Source: an uncultured delta proteobacterium (GTDB lineage: Bacteria; Myxococcota_A; Polyangia; Polyangiales; Polyangiaceae). From it: a DNA stretch of 64,000 bases. Of the stretch, positions 10,777 through 22,345 are shown in pieces. A program made the translations under genes and the position numbers. The notes beneath the pieces are model-generated. The model made no database searches. It was not told the DNA's origin and worked only from the letters and a program-made list of their open reading frames with translations. Numbering within the stretch: the first letter of the stretch is position 1; each line of letters opens with the position of its first letter. The stretch covers positions 32,001 to 96,000 of the forward strand of contig CAVQUB010000021.1 of assembly GCA_963716725.1 (NCBI GenBank), written 5' to 3'.

Positions 10777-11920
10777 CTACTCGTAGACGAACAAGCAGCG
10801 GACCGGGGAAGAGCCAGGACAGGCCCTCGCGCAGGCGGTCGCGCCAGTTCTCCCAGTTGTGACCGTCGCGCGCCTCGACGAAGCGCACGTCCATGCCGGT
10901 GGCCTGCGAGCAGCGGCGACGAGCGAGCGGTTCTCGTAGATCAGCGACTCGTAGATGCCGCAGCTCACGAAGATGCGCTCGGAGATCGGCGATCGGGCCG
11001 CGCCCGGAGCTGGTTGACGAACTCGACCACCGGGTCGAAGAGCGGGCCGCGGTGGTTGCGGTCGCCGATGTCGGTGAAGGCGAACGAGCCCGACTGCAGC
11101 AGCAGCCGCCCGAAGAAGCCCGGGTAGCGGCACGCGGTGGAGAGCGCGGCGACGGCGCCGAAGCTCGCGCCCATCAGGCAGCGCGCCTGCGGTCGACGTC
11201 GAGCGGGAACGCGCGCTCGAGCTGCGGCACCAGCTCGTCGGTCGAGGAAGCGCGCGTGGCGCTCGTCGTTGGCGTACTCCACGAGCCGGTCGGGCGAGCT
11301 CGTCAGCGCCACGATCATGTCGGGGATCTCGAGGCGGTGCGATCAGGTTGTCGAGGATGGTGCCGAGCGCCGCGTAGCGCAGGTAGTCGTGGCCGTCGTG
11401 CACGATCAGCAGCGGGTAGCGGCGAGTCCTGCGGAAGCGCGCGGGCAGGTAGATCTCGAGCCGGCGCCGGCCGAAGACCTTGGAGTCGAGCACGAGCTCG
11501 TCGATCTGCCGGGTCGCGACTCGGGATCGGGGTAGATCCAGGTCGGGACCTCGTAGCCCTCGCCGTGCGCCACCGAGTTCGCGCCGAAGGGGTCGCGGGC
11601 TGGTTGCGGGGTTGAGCGGATCCTCCATCCACTCGCCGTTGCCGCCCGCGAACGACCTCGAGCTTGTACTCGACCCGCGAGCTGGGCGGCAGCTCGAGCG
11701 TCAGGTACCAAACGTCCGTGCCGTCGACGCGGGTGAGCTGCTGGGACGACGGCAGGCCGAAGACCCAGTGCTTGAGGTGGATGGCGTCGGCGTCGCCGCG
11801 GAAGACGAAGGTGATGGCCGGCCCCTCGACGATGGGGAAGGACCTGCCCGCGAAGAAGGCATCCACCGCCTCGGCGGTGCGCGGGCCCTGGGCGAGCTCA
11901 GTGATGGCGCGGGCGCTCAT
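10777..11920 (-). CDS. Enterochelin-esterase (Fes)-like alpha/beta hydrolase with N-terminal Ig-like (E-set/CBM48-like) domain; frameshifted
   Basis: ITFVFRGDAD..DVWYLTLELP..RVEYKL..DPLNP; IYLP..YPLLIVHDG; GASFG; LQSGSF; EARDGHNWENWRD. Confidence 0.8.
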
Positions 11921-12867
11921 CCGGACCATCCCCGCTCGATGGTGCCGTCGCCCCGAGTCGGCGGCAGATGGCGCTGGCAGACGCGGCCCTCTGCGACGTG
12001 CACGCGGGCGCCCGTGTCCATCGCCACGCAGGTCGCCGGCGCGATGCGCTGCACGAAGCGCGCGATGCCCGCCGCGTCGTCGAGTCCGAATTCGACGCCG
12101 CGGATCGGGCAAGCACAACCAGGTCGTTCACCAACCCAAGACCACGGTCGAGGATCTCCGCGATGCCGGTGCCGTGGGGTGGAAAGTCATGGAACAAGTA
12201 GATGCGTTCGGTCAGCACCATGGCGCCGGCCGCAGCGGCGAACCAGCGCTTGTCCTTGGCGAGGCCGACCAGGTCGAAGAGTTTCATCCGATTCAGGAGC
12301 GAGACGACGTGGCCGCCCATGACCACGATGGCCTCGACGCCCCGCAGAATGTCCGCGAGCTCGGCGCGGTGCTGGGCGACCGCGGGGCGCTCGGCGAGGC
12401 GCCACTGCTCCTCGAATCGCTCGTGAGCGGTCTGACAACGCTCGAGGTGATCGCCGTCGAGTTGTTCGAGGGCCTCGACTGACTCGTGACGCTCCTCGGC
12501 CAGGAGATCTTCGTCGACGTGTCGGACCGAGATGGCGTGTGCCGCTTCGAACTGCGTGCTCCAGCCGGATGCGGTAGAAGTCGTTGACCAAGCGCAGGCG
12601 CGCCTGCTTGCGACTTGTGCGCCGCGGAAAACTCGGGATCGGCCGCGAAGACCTGCTCCGAGCGCGCGTGCAGCGTGAGGTTTACGAGCTTCGATCGCCG
12701 ATGCTCTCGATCAAAGCTTGGTCGTCGGCCTCGCGCTCCTGCCAGCCGGCGGTGACCAGCGCCACCGGCCCACGAACGCCAGCGATCGCGAGCGCCGCGC
12801 CGACGTCGGGGACGGGTTGCTGCGGACCGAGCAGAACTACGTTGGGAACGACGCTCAGTTGGCCCAC
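11917..12867 (-). CDS. Class I glutamine amidotransferase-like / peptidase S51 (cyanophycinase-like) protein; frameshifted
   Basis: VALVTAGWQERE, VMGGHVVSLLNR, AGAMVL..HD..PHG..E..GLGL. The nucleophile region is garbled by indels. Confidence 0.6.
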
Positions 12868-14082
12868 ACTTTCACCGTCTGACCGACGATGTCGAACATG
12901 CGCCGGAGCTCGTCGTAGTTCTCGTGCTTCAGCCGCAGCCAGGCGTTGGCCATGTAGCCAGCCTCGACGGGCTGCGTGCTGCGTGCCTGGCGGCGGGGTA
13001 TGCGCGTCGATGATGTGCTGACCGAAGGACTTTCCGATGGCTTCCAGCCCTTCGTAGCCGCTGATGCGACCATCTTGGCTGGGGCGCAGCGCGATGATGC
13101 CGGCCGACAGTCTCCGCGACGGGCGCTGGCTCGGCCGCCCGTGGCAGATGGTCATCGCCCACTCGCGGTAGAGGTCCATGTCGTTGCCGACGTTGTAGAG
13201 ATCCCACGCGCGCACGCCCGGCGGGCGGCAGCCGATCTCCGAGAACTTGAGGCCCTTTGGCCCGAAGAACCACTCCATGTGCGTGGCCGAGGTCTCGATG
13301 CCGAGCAGCTCGATGACCTTGCGACCCATCGCCTTGACCTCGTCGTAGCCCGAGGCCGAGTCGATGCGATTGGTGGCGATGAACTGCGGCGAGATCCAGC
13401 GCGTGCGCATGGCCTCGAGCACGTTCGGGTAGTAGTGCGTGACGAACTCGTGCACGACCTGCCCGCTCGATGCTGAGCGTGTCGTAGAAGCCCTCGTGGC
13501 CCTCGATGAACTCCTCGACGGCGATGGAGCGGCCCGGCTGCCCAAGGCGAGAAGCCGCCCAAGATCTTGCTCAAGTCGGCCAGGCTGTCGGCTCGGTAGG
13601 CCCCGGAAGCTCCGGCCGCGTCGCGCGGCTTCAAGATCACCGGGAAGCCGATCTGCTCCACGAAGGCGCGCACCTCAGCCACGCTCGACGCGCCGGTGGA
13701 TGCGCGCAAGACACCCCGCCAGCGCGCAGCGCCTCTTTCATCGCCGGCTTGTCGCGGCACAGGAAGGCCGTCCGCACCGAGGTGCCGGGGATGCCTGCGG
13801 CCTCTCGCACCTTGGCGATCGGCATGATGTGCGCCTCGACGGTGGCCTCGAGGCGATCGACGTGGGCCCGCTTCTGGATGAAGCGCAGCGCTCGCAGCAC
13901 CGCGCCCTCGTCGCAGACGATCCGACCTCTTCGTAGTGCAGGAGCCAGCGCTTGAGCTCGTCGTCGAGCGAGTCCTTGCTGCCCTCGCCGATGGCCGTGA
14001 CCGTGGCGCCGACCTCGGCGAGCGCTCGCACGAAGAGCTTCTGGTTGCCGGGAAAGCGGGGCTCGATGAAGACGACGTGCAT
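12855..14082 (-). CDS. ATP-grasp domain protein (third paralog); frameshifted
   Basis: MHVVFIEPRFP, CRDKPAMKE, GFPVILKPRDAAGA, THMEWF, SEIGCRPPG. Confidence 0.85.
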
Positions 14083-14127
14083 GGCGGTTTCTTTCACGAA
14101 GGAGTCGCGACGATCAAGGGCTTGATT

Positions 14128-15584
14128 TCACAACCTCTGGAGTCGCTCGTAGAGCTGTTCGTACTGTTTGGCCTGCACCGCCCACGAGAAGTCCTGCGCC
14201 ATGCCGTTTTGCATGAGCCTTCCTCCAGGTGGCGGGGTCTTTGTAGTGCGCAAGGGCGGCCTCGATGCCCCAAGTGAGACCCTGAGCGTCGTGGTTGCTC
14301 GAAAGGGAAGCCCGTGCCGCGCCCCGTGCGTGAGTTGAAGAGCTGCACCGTGTCGGCGAGCCCGCCGGTCTTGTGCACGATGGGCACGGTGCCGTAGCGC
14401 AGACTGTAGAGCTGGTTGAGACCACAGGGCTCGTAGCGCGAGGGCATCACGAACATGTCCGCGCCGGCCTCGATCAGGTGCGCGAGCTCGTTGCTGAAGC
14501 CGCGGTAGAAGCAGACCTGCCGGGGGAAGGTGCGCTGGAGTGCGCCGAACATCTCTTCGAGGTGGTGCTCGCCGCTGCCGAGCAGGACGAACTGAAAGCC
14601 TGGCGCCGCAGCAGACGGCCGAGCACCCCCGCCAGGAGGTCGAGCCCTTTCTGGCCGACCATGCGCGTCACCGAGCCGATGACCGGCGTGCCGCGCCGGT
14701 ACTCGAGGCCGAGCGCGCCGAGCAACGCCGCCTTGTTGCGCTCTTTGCCGGACAGATCCGTCGCGCCGTAGGCGGTGCGGAATGAAGCGGGTCGTGCTCG
14801 GGGCTCCACTCGTCGTAGTCCACACCGTTCAGGATGCCGACCACCGTCGATTTGCGCATGCGCAAGAATGGATCGAGGCCGGCGCCGTGCTCGGGCGACT
14901 GGATCTCTCGCGAGTACCTCGGGCTCACCGTGGTGATCCCGTCGGCGTAGAGCACCCCGTGCAGGAGGAAGCTCAGGCGACCCTCGCTTCAGGTAATCCT
15001 GATGGAACAGGTGCGCGGCGCGCCGCCAGGCCGGTTTCGGGCAGCACATGTGCCGGGAAAATGCCCTGGTATTGCAGGTTGTGGATGGTGAGCAGGCTGC
15101 GCGCACGGGAGAGCAAGGGATCCCGCGCATAGCTGCTCTTGAGCGCGAGCGGGACGAGGGCGGTCTGCCAGTCGTGGCAGTGCACCACGTCGGGCGCGAA
15201 GCGTAGCCGGCGGCAGGCTTCGAGGGCGGCAAACGAGAGCACGAGGAAGCGCAGATGCTCATCCCCGTCGGCGGTGTAAATGCTGGAACGGGAGAACAGC
15301 TCGGGGCTGTAGACGAAGTAGATCTCGAGGTCGGTCCCGGGCAGGATAACGCTGGCGATGCCCACGCTGAAGCGGCGGGACCCGAGCTGGATCTGCACGG
15401 GTCCGAGTCCAGGCAGCGGCCTGAGGCGGTATTTGCGTTGATCGATCTGCGCGTAAGCCGGCAAGAACACGCGCACGTCGTGGCCGAGCCTGTGCATCTG
15501 CCGCGGCAACGCGCCGAGCACGTCTGCGAGCCCCCCCGTCTTGGCGAATGGCGCCATTTCTGGCGCGATGTACAGGAGCCGCAC
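14128..15584 (-). CDS. glgA: Glycogen synthase (GT5); frameshifted
   Basis: APFAKTGGLADV, HCHDWQT, TIHNLQYQG, TTVSPRYSREI, GILNGVD, MPSRYEPCGLNQLYSLRYGT, KTGGLADTV. Confidence 0.92.
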
Positions 15585-15766
15585 GGGAGCCGCACGATGA
15601 CACAAGACCGAGCGCGCGTCCCATCCGTCGCGGCTCGAGGGCTGATTCTCCCCGGGAACAGCGCTCGCACCGGCGCGAGTTGCGGGCGAAGGGGCGGGCT
15701 CGAGCCCGCGCTCCCCGCACTGCCGTTGATGGGCACGCCACGCCGAGGCAGAATGCGCCGGGGTAG

Positions 15767-17305
<1,539 letters not shown>

Positions 17306-17317
17306 GCCACGCGGCGC

Positions 17318-17779
17318 TCACTTGTCGAGCCGCGCCTTGAGCGCCGCCAGCTCGTCGTCGACGGAATCGTCGGGCGCCGGGCTCGGAGCTCGCGCGGGCG
17401 GCGCCGGCACGCGGAGCTTGGCGGAGGGGCTGACCGCAGCGGAAGCAGTCGCCGCTGGCCTGAGCTTCCGCGCGGCGCGATTTCGCCAGCGGTGGCGTCC
17501 GTACAGGGCCGCGAGGCCGACCAGCCCGGCGAGAAAGAAGTACTGCCAGTAGGAGAGCACCATGCCGACGACGCCGAGCACGAGCAAGAGACCGACGGCG
17601 CCGAGCACCAGCAGCTTGGTGCGCTTCTTCCTCTTCTGTTCGGCTTCGCGTTCGGCCCGCTCCGCCCGCTCTTCGTCCGTCGACAAGGCGTCCTCGAAGG
17701 CGCGCTTGGCGGCGCGCTTGGCTTGGCCGAGTGCAGCCGTGGCCGTCAGCTCTTCCGCCGCTTTCTTCAGGTCTGCCAT
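17318..17779 (-). CDS. Small membrane protein
   Basis: Two hydrophobic segments; C-terminal VDDELAALKARL resembles a PspA-like tail. Confidence 0.65.
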   Translation of the reverse strand: MADLKKAAEELTATAALGQAKRAAKRAFEDALSTDEERAERAEREAEQKRKKRTKLLVLGAVGLLLVLGVVGMVLSYWQYFFLAGLVGLAALYGRHRWRNRAARKLRPAATASAAVSPSAKLRVPAPPARAPSPAPDDSVDDELAALKARLDK

Positions 17780-17797
17780 GCGCGCTCGCCGACGCCT

Positions 17798-18703
17798 CTA
17801 CAGCCGGAGCAAGTCGCCGAGACCCAGACGGTCCATCCACGGGAAGGGCAGCCGCACCTGGGAGCCGAAGTGCTCGGTGGACATCGGCTCGAAGACCACG
17901 GTGATGGTCGAGAACATGACCAACTCGGCGAGCAACTTCAGCTTGCCCCGCATGCTCTCGAGCGAGATGGTCACACGCTCGAGCTCTCGCTGAACCTCCA
18001 GGGACTCTTCGACGGTCTTGGCCTTTTCGAGCAGGTCTTCGAGGCGCTTCTTCACGACCTCGAGGTTCTTCATGCGGGTCTGCATGTCGAAATAGAGATC
18101 GGTCACGTCCTCGATACTGACGTTTCGGTGCACCAGATCACCGAGCCGCACCAGCTCGTCGAGCGCGTCGTCGAACCTGGCGCTGGGAACCCGCACGGTG
18201 ATGCGACTGTCCTCGCGCACGACCAGATAACCGCCTCGTCGTTTGGCGAGCTTTTCGACGGCGTCAATGGCCTTCGGAACTTCGCGCACGCGCAGCCGCA
18301 GCTCGGCGGTGTACACGAGCATCTGCGAGGCGACGGTCGGCTTGGCTTGCCCATCGGTGGCGGGCTTCGAAGACTGTCCGGCGACGGGCTGCTGGGTCGG
18401 AGGCTGTGGTCGCTTGTCGGCCTCGGGGCGCGCCTTCGCAGGGGCCGGTGCTCCGGTCGCTTCGCTTCCGGCCGAGTCTGTCGCGGACTCGGGCGAGGGA
18501 GCGGGCGGCGGCGGCGGGGACTCGGACGCCGACTCGTCCATCATCGCCACCTCGTCCACGCTCTCCGCGGAGCGCCCGGCGCTCACCGACTGCGCGTAGG
18601 CGCCGCCGCTGGGTCCACGGTCGGCGCTCTTGGCCGATGCGCCGCAGCCCACGAGGGTGAGCAGCAACAGACAGAAGAGACCCCAACGCAGCGCCTGGTT
18701 CAT
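17798..18703 (-). CDS. DUF4349-family lipoprotein
   Basis: Lipobox LVGC; ITVRVPS..F, EDVTDLYFD, coiled coil, STITV. Start placed at ATG 18703. Confidence 0.8.
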   Translation of the reverse strand: MNQALRWGLFCLLLLTLVGCGASAKSADRGPSGGAYAQSVSAGRSAESVDEVAMMDESASESPPPPPAPSPESATDSAGSEATGAPAPAKARPEADKRPQPPTQQPVAGQSSKPATDGQAKPTVASQMLVYTAELRLRVREVPKAIDAVEKLAKRRGGYLVVREDSRITVRVPSARFDDALDELVRLGDLVHRNVSIEDVTDLYFDMQTRMKNLEVVKKRLEDLLEKAKTVEESLEVQRELERVTISLESMRGKLKLLAELVMFSTITVVFEPMSTEHFGSQVRLPFPWMDRLGLGDLLRL

Positions 18704-18758
18704 GGCGGGCCGAGCGTACCACGCGAACAGGCCGGCGGCGGCCCAGGTCGAGACCTCA

Positions 18759-19227
18759 GAGCCTGTGAAAGAATCCCCGCCGCCCACGAAGGAAGGAGCA
18801 CCGGCAGCGCTTCGGGGTCGCCGGCATGGGGGCGAGGCGCGCGAGGACGCTGGGTCGGGTCTGTGCGGAGCCGCGAGCAGCAGTGTCGCGGACTGGGCGC
18901 GAGCGCTTCCGACCTGGACGCCTTCCCGCCCGGAGCTCTACCGCGCTCGAAGGCGAAACGGTCCTGCCAAGCGTCAGTTCCGGACCCACTGCGCTGCCGC
19001 TGACAAGGACCTGAGGGGGCGTCCCGTGCACGACCCTTGGAAGTCCCTGGCGAGGGACGACCCTTGGAAGTCCCTGGCGAGGGACGACCCTTGGAAGTCC
19101 CTGGCGAGGGACGACCCTTGGAAGTCCCTGGCGAGGGACGACCCTTGGAAGTCCCTGGCGAGGGACGACCCTTGGAAGTCCCTGGCGAGGGACGACCCTT
19201 GGAGGGGGGCGTGCAAGCACCGTCCCA
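18759..19227 (-). mobile_element. Inverted, internally deleted relative of the neighbouring IS1182-family element (MITE-like)
   Basis: 19205-19227 and 19018-19040 are each 19/23 inverted matches to 20740-20762 and 20765-20787. 18991-19002 is an exact 12-nt inverted match to 20802-20813. 18759-18775 matches the IS right end in inverted orientation at 12/17. Confidence 0.55.
19030..19203. repeat. Perfect 27-bp tandem repeat, six full copies plus a partial
   Basis: CGACCCTTGGAAGTCCCTGGCGAGGGA starts at 19031, 19058, 19085, 19112, 19139 and 19166, with a partial at 19193; no spacers. Confidence 0.97.
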
Positions 19228-19458
19228 CGCTCGGCGTCACGAGGGAAAGAGCACCGCATCCCCATTTCTTTCTTGACGCGGTTCCAGGCGACTCGGGCTC
19301 GCACTTCGCCGGGCATGTCACCGAAGGCCTCTCTGTTGCGCGACGAAGCTCGCCCATCGTGTTTCGCTCGAGCGACGACGCGCGACGCGTTTGGACGCGT
19401 GAAACGCGCTCACCGTGTCGGCCGCGAGGCCAAAAAACAGCGTGTTATGCCAGAAAGC

Positions 19459-20742
19459 ATGCACGCTCTCTCTTCGGTCTCCGATCGCGAGCTTCGCGAG
19501 CGCCTCTCCTCCGCCGTGAGCGCCGAGCAGCTGGCTTCTGCCGACGTCATCTTCCACCTGGCGGAGCTCGACCGCCGAAAGCTCTACCTCGAGGACGCCT
19601 GCTCCTCACTCTTCGCGTACTGCGTGGAGCGGCTCGGCTACTCCGAGGACGGCGCGAGCAAGCGAGTCCGTGTCGCCCGCTTGGTTCTGCGTTTTCCCCA
19701 GGCCCTCGACGAGCTCGCGAGCGGCGCCATCCACCTGACCGGACTGTTCCTGCTCTCCGGGCACCTCACGGAAGACAACGCCGATCGACTCATCGCCGAG
19801 GCTCGCGGCAAGTCGAAGCGGCAGCTCGAGGAGCTGCTCGCTCGGTGGGCGCCCCGGTCCGACGTACCGGCGACCATCACCCCGAGCGGGCCCGAGCCAG
19901 CTCGAGCGGAGTTATCAACAATGTCCGGGACAGGTGGCTCCGAGCTGTCGGCGCCGCCGCCATCGGCGCACCGTCCTCGTGTCGAGCCGCTCTCGGCCAC
20001 GAGCTTCCGCGTGGAATTCACCGCCAGTGCCACGCTCCGCGACAAGCTCGAACACGCCCGGAACCTCCTCAGCCACGCCGTGCCGAGCGGGGATCTCGCG
20101 ACCCTGATCGAGCGAGCCATCGATCAGCTCATCGCCGTGGAGACGAAGCGCCGCGCGGGCGCGGGCCAGCCACGCAAGCGCCGTGAAACTCGCGCCGGCT
20201 CGCGCCACGTGCCGGTGGAGGTCCAGCGCGCGGTGCGGGAGCGGGATGGCAACCAGTGCACCTTCGTCGATGCCGAGGGACGCCGCTGCTCCGAGAATAG
20301 ACCGTCCGGCCGGGCCGGAGGAGCGCCGTCCGCTGATGCGAACAGTCGCAAGGAGCCATCTCGAGTCAGGACGCTGAACACGAGTGGTTTCCTGACCATC
20401 GAGCACGTCGACCCGTACGCGATGGGAGGACCAACGACAGTGGATAACTGCTGCCTGCTTTGTTCGGCTCACAACGCCCACCGGGCGCGACAGGTCTACG
20501 GCGAGCAGCACGTCCGGAAGAAGGTCTCGGAGGCTCGCGCGGGCCGGGAAGCGAGCGGTGTGTCTGCGGGGACTGCGGCCGAGCTGAAGAGCGAAGTGTT
20601 CGAGAAGGTGCTGGCGGCTCTGCTTCACTCGGGGTTCAAGCGGCACGAGGCGCGGCGAGCCCTCGAACAGGTGCGCTCGCTCGGAGTCGAGCCGCAGCTC
20701 GAGCCCGTGCTGCGCGGAGCGCTGGCGGTACTCACTCCCTGA
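19459..20742 (+). CDS. HNH endonuclease (DUF222-like N-terminus, RuvA-C-like tail)
   Basis: N-terminal HLAELDRRKLY..SSLFAYCVERLGYSE; RHVP..V.ERDG.QC..C..IEHVDPYAMGG..DN..LLCSAHN; C-terminal AALLHSGFKRHEARRAL..LRGAL. Start is 19447 or 19459. Confidence 0.85.
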   Translation: MHALSSVSDRELRERLSSAVSAEQLASADVIFHLAELDRRKLYLEDACSSLFAYCVERLGYSEDGASKRVRVARLVLRFPQALDELASGAIHLTGLFLLSGHLTEDNADRLIAEARGKSKRQLEELLARWAPRSDVPATITPSGPEPARAELSTMSGTGGSELSAPPPSAHRPRVEPLSATSFRVEFTASATLRDKLEHARNLLSHAVPSGDLATLIERAIDQLIAVETKRRAGAGQPRKRRETRAGSRHVPVEVQRAVRERDGNQCTFVDAEGRRCSENRPSGRAGGAPSADANSRKEPSRVRTLNTSGFLTIEHVDPYAMGGPTTVDNCCLLCSAHNAHRARQVYGEQHVRKKVSEARAGREASGVSAGTAAELKSEVFEKVLAALLHSGFKRHEARRALEQVRSLGVEPQLEPVLRGALAVLTP

Positions 20743-20749
20743 GACGGTT

Positions 20750-20780
20750 CGTGCACACCCCCGACAAAGGGGGGTGCACG
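20750..20780 (+). other. GC-rich hairpin just after the HNH stop, inside the IS left end
   Basis: CGTGCAC-A-CCCCC / GACAAA loop / GGGGG-GTGCACG. Confidence 0.55.
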
Positions 20781-21709
20781 GGATGCCGCCTTTGGTCCCG
20801 GCAGCGGCAGCGCCGCGGGCACGGGACGCGGCGCCCGACTTCGACAGGCCCATCGTGAGCAACTCGGCTGGGGGCGCATCGATCTGGACGCGCAGGTACC
20901 TCACGACCACCCCGTGCGTGCCATCGCCGCGGTGATCGACCGCCTGGACCTCTCGAAGCTCTACGCTCGCATCGATGCACGCGACTCGAACCCCGGAGCG
21001 CCGGCCATCGACCCCAAGCTCTTGCTCAGCCTGTGGGTGTACGCCACCAGCGACGGCGAGAACAGCGCTCGGGAGATCCAGCGCCTGACCGAGCTGCACG
21101 CCGCCTATCGGTGGCTGTGCGGCGGGGTGAGGCTCAACCACCACACGCTCAGCGACTTTCGCAGCCACAACGCCGAGGTGTTCGACGACCTGATCACGCA
21201 GGTGCTGGCCTTGCTCATGAGCCACGACCTGGTGGACCTCATGCGTGTCGCGCAGGACGGCACGCGCGTACGGGCCAGCGCCGGAGCGTGTTCTTTTCGC
21301 AAGGGCACCACGCTGGAGGCTCTGCGCCAGGAAGCTCGTGCACATCTGGCCGCGGTCACGGCAGACACCGAGAGCGGCTCGCGGCGAGCCGCGGCGCAGA
21401 AGCGTGCGGCCCAGGATCGCCTGGACCGGCTCGACGCGGCGCTCGCGCAGTTGCCCGGGGTCACGAAGACCAAGAGCAAGAGCGGCGCCAAGGACCCGAC
21501 CCCTCGAGTGTCGACGACCGATCCGCAGGCACGGGTGATGAAGATGGGCGACGGAGGATTCCGGCCCGCCTACAACGTGCAGCTCGCCACGACCGCCGAC
21601 GACGCGCGGGTCATCGTCGGTGTCGCCGTCACCCACCGCGGCAGCGACATGGGCGAATCGACTCCGATGCTAGAGCAGATCGAGAAGCGGACGGGCGTCC
21701 GGCCACTAG

Positions 21710-22345
21710 TACCGCGCGGCAGAAGTTTCGCTGGCTTCTTTTCCGTGTGCGTGTCGTCGGCGTAGTGGGGTGACATGATCGACTACAGCGCGTTCGCGGG
21801 CCGAGCGCACGGTGGTCGTCCGACGGTTCCGCTCGCACGGGGATGGCACAGGAAGGGCGAAAGCTCGGAAGATTTGGGGATGGGACGGACGAGGTGATCG
21901 GTGCGCTGATCGAGGTGCATCGGCATCTCGGTCCAGGGCAGATGGAATCCGCATACGAGGCCTGTCTATCTGCCGAGCTGTCCGAACGACGGCTCAGGTT
22001 CGAGCGGCAGCGACCGCTACCAATCCGCTACCAATCCGCCAAAAAGGCGTGCACCTTGACTGCGCCTATCGCCTCGACCTGGTCGCTTCCAGATCATATC
22101 CTCCTGGAGCTCGGGGCGGTCGAGCGGCTGCTCCCGATTCACGAAGCGCAGGTCATCACCTATCTGCGCCTTTCGCAGTTGCCTGTCGGCCTGCTCGTCA
22201 ACTTCAACGTGACCGCGCTCAGAAATGGCCTGCGGGGGCTCACGCCTGACCCCCCCCAATCCTTCCGCTCTTCCGCCCTTCCTGTGAGAGCCCAAATGAG
22301 CGCGGGTCTCAGGCGCGAATCCACTCGAACTTCAGCCGCGCGGCA
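21710..22345. mobile_element. Non-autonomous MITE-like element with terminal inverted repeats and CTAG target duplication
   Basis: CTAG at 21706-21709 and 22346-22349; ends TACCGCGCGGCAGAAGTT and TGCCGCGCGGCTGAAGTT (16/18). Confidence 0.9.

Noticed and set aside
7980..15030. Programmed ribosomal frameshifting
   Set aside because: Too many shifts per gene and no consistent slippery sites.
19030..19203. CRISPR array
   Set aside because: The units abut with no spacers and no cas genes are in the window.
18630..20186. ORFs translating the tandem repeat (DDPWKSLAR, VVPRQGLPR and others)
   Set aside because: A 27-nt stop-free unit is open in several frames by construction; no other coding signal.
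19228..20742. IscB/Cas9-like RNA-guided nuclease with upstream ncRNA
   Set aside because: No PLMP or split RuvC motifs are visible; the upstream DNA is largely explained by the IS-derived inverted copy.
20740..20914. Stop-codon readthrough fusing HNH to the transposase (same frame, single TGA)
   Set aside because: A one-base loss in a C run near 20834, with start at ATG 20783, explains the frame more simply.
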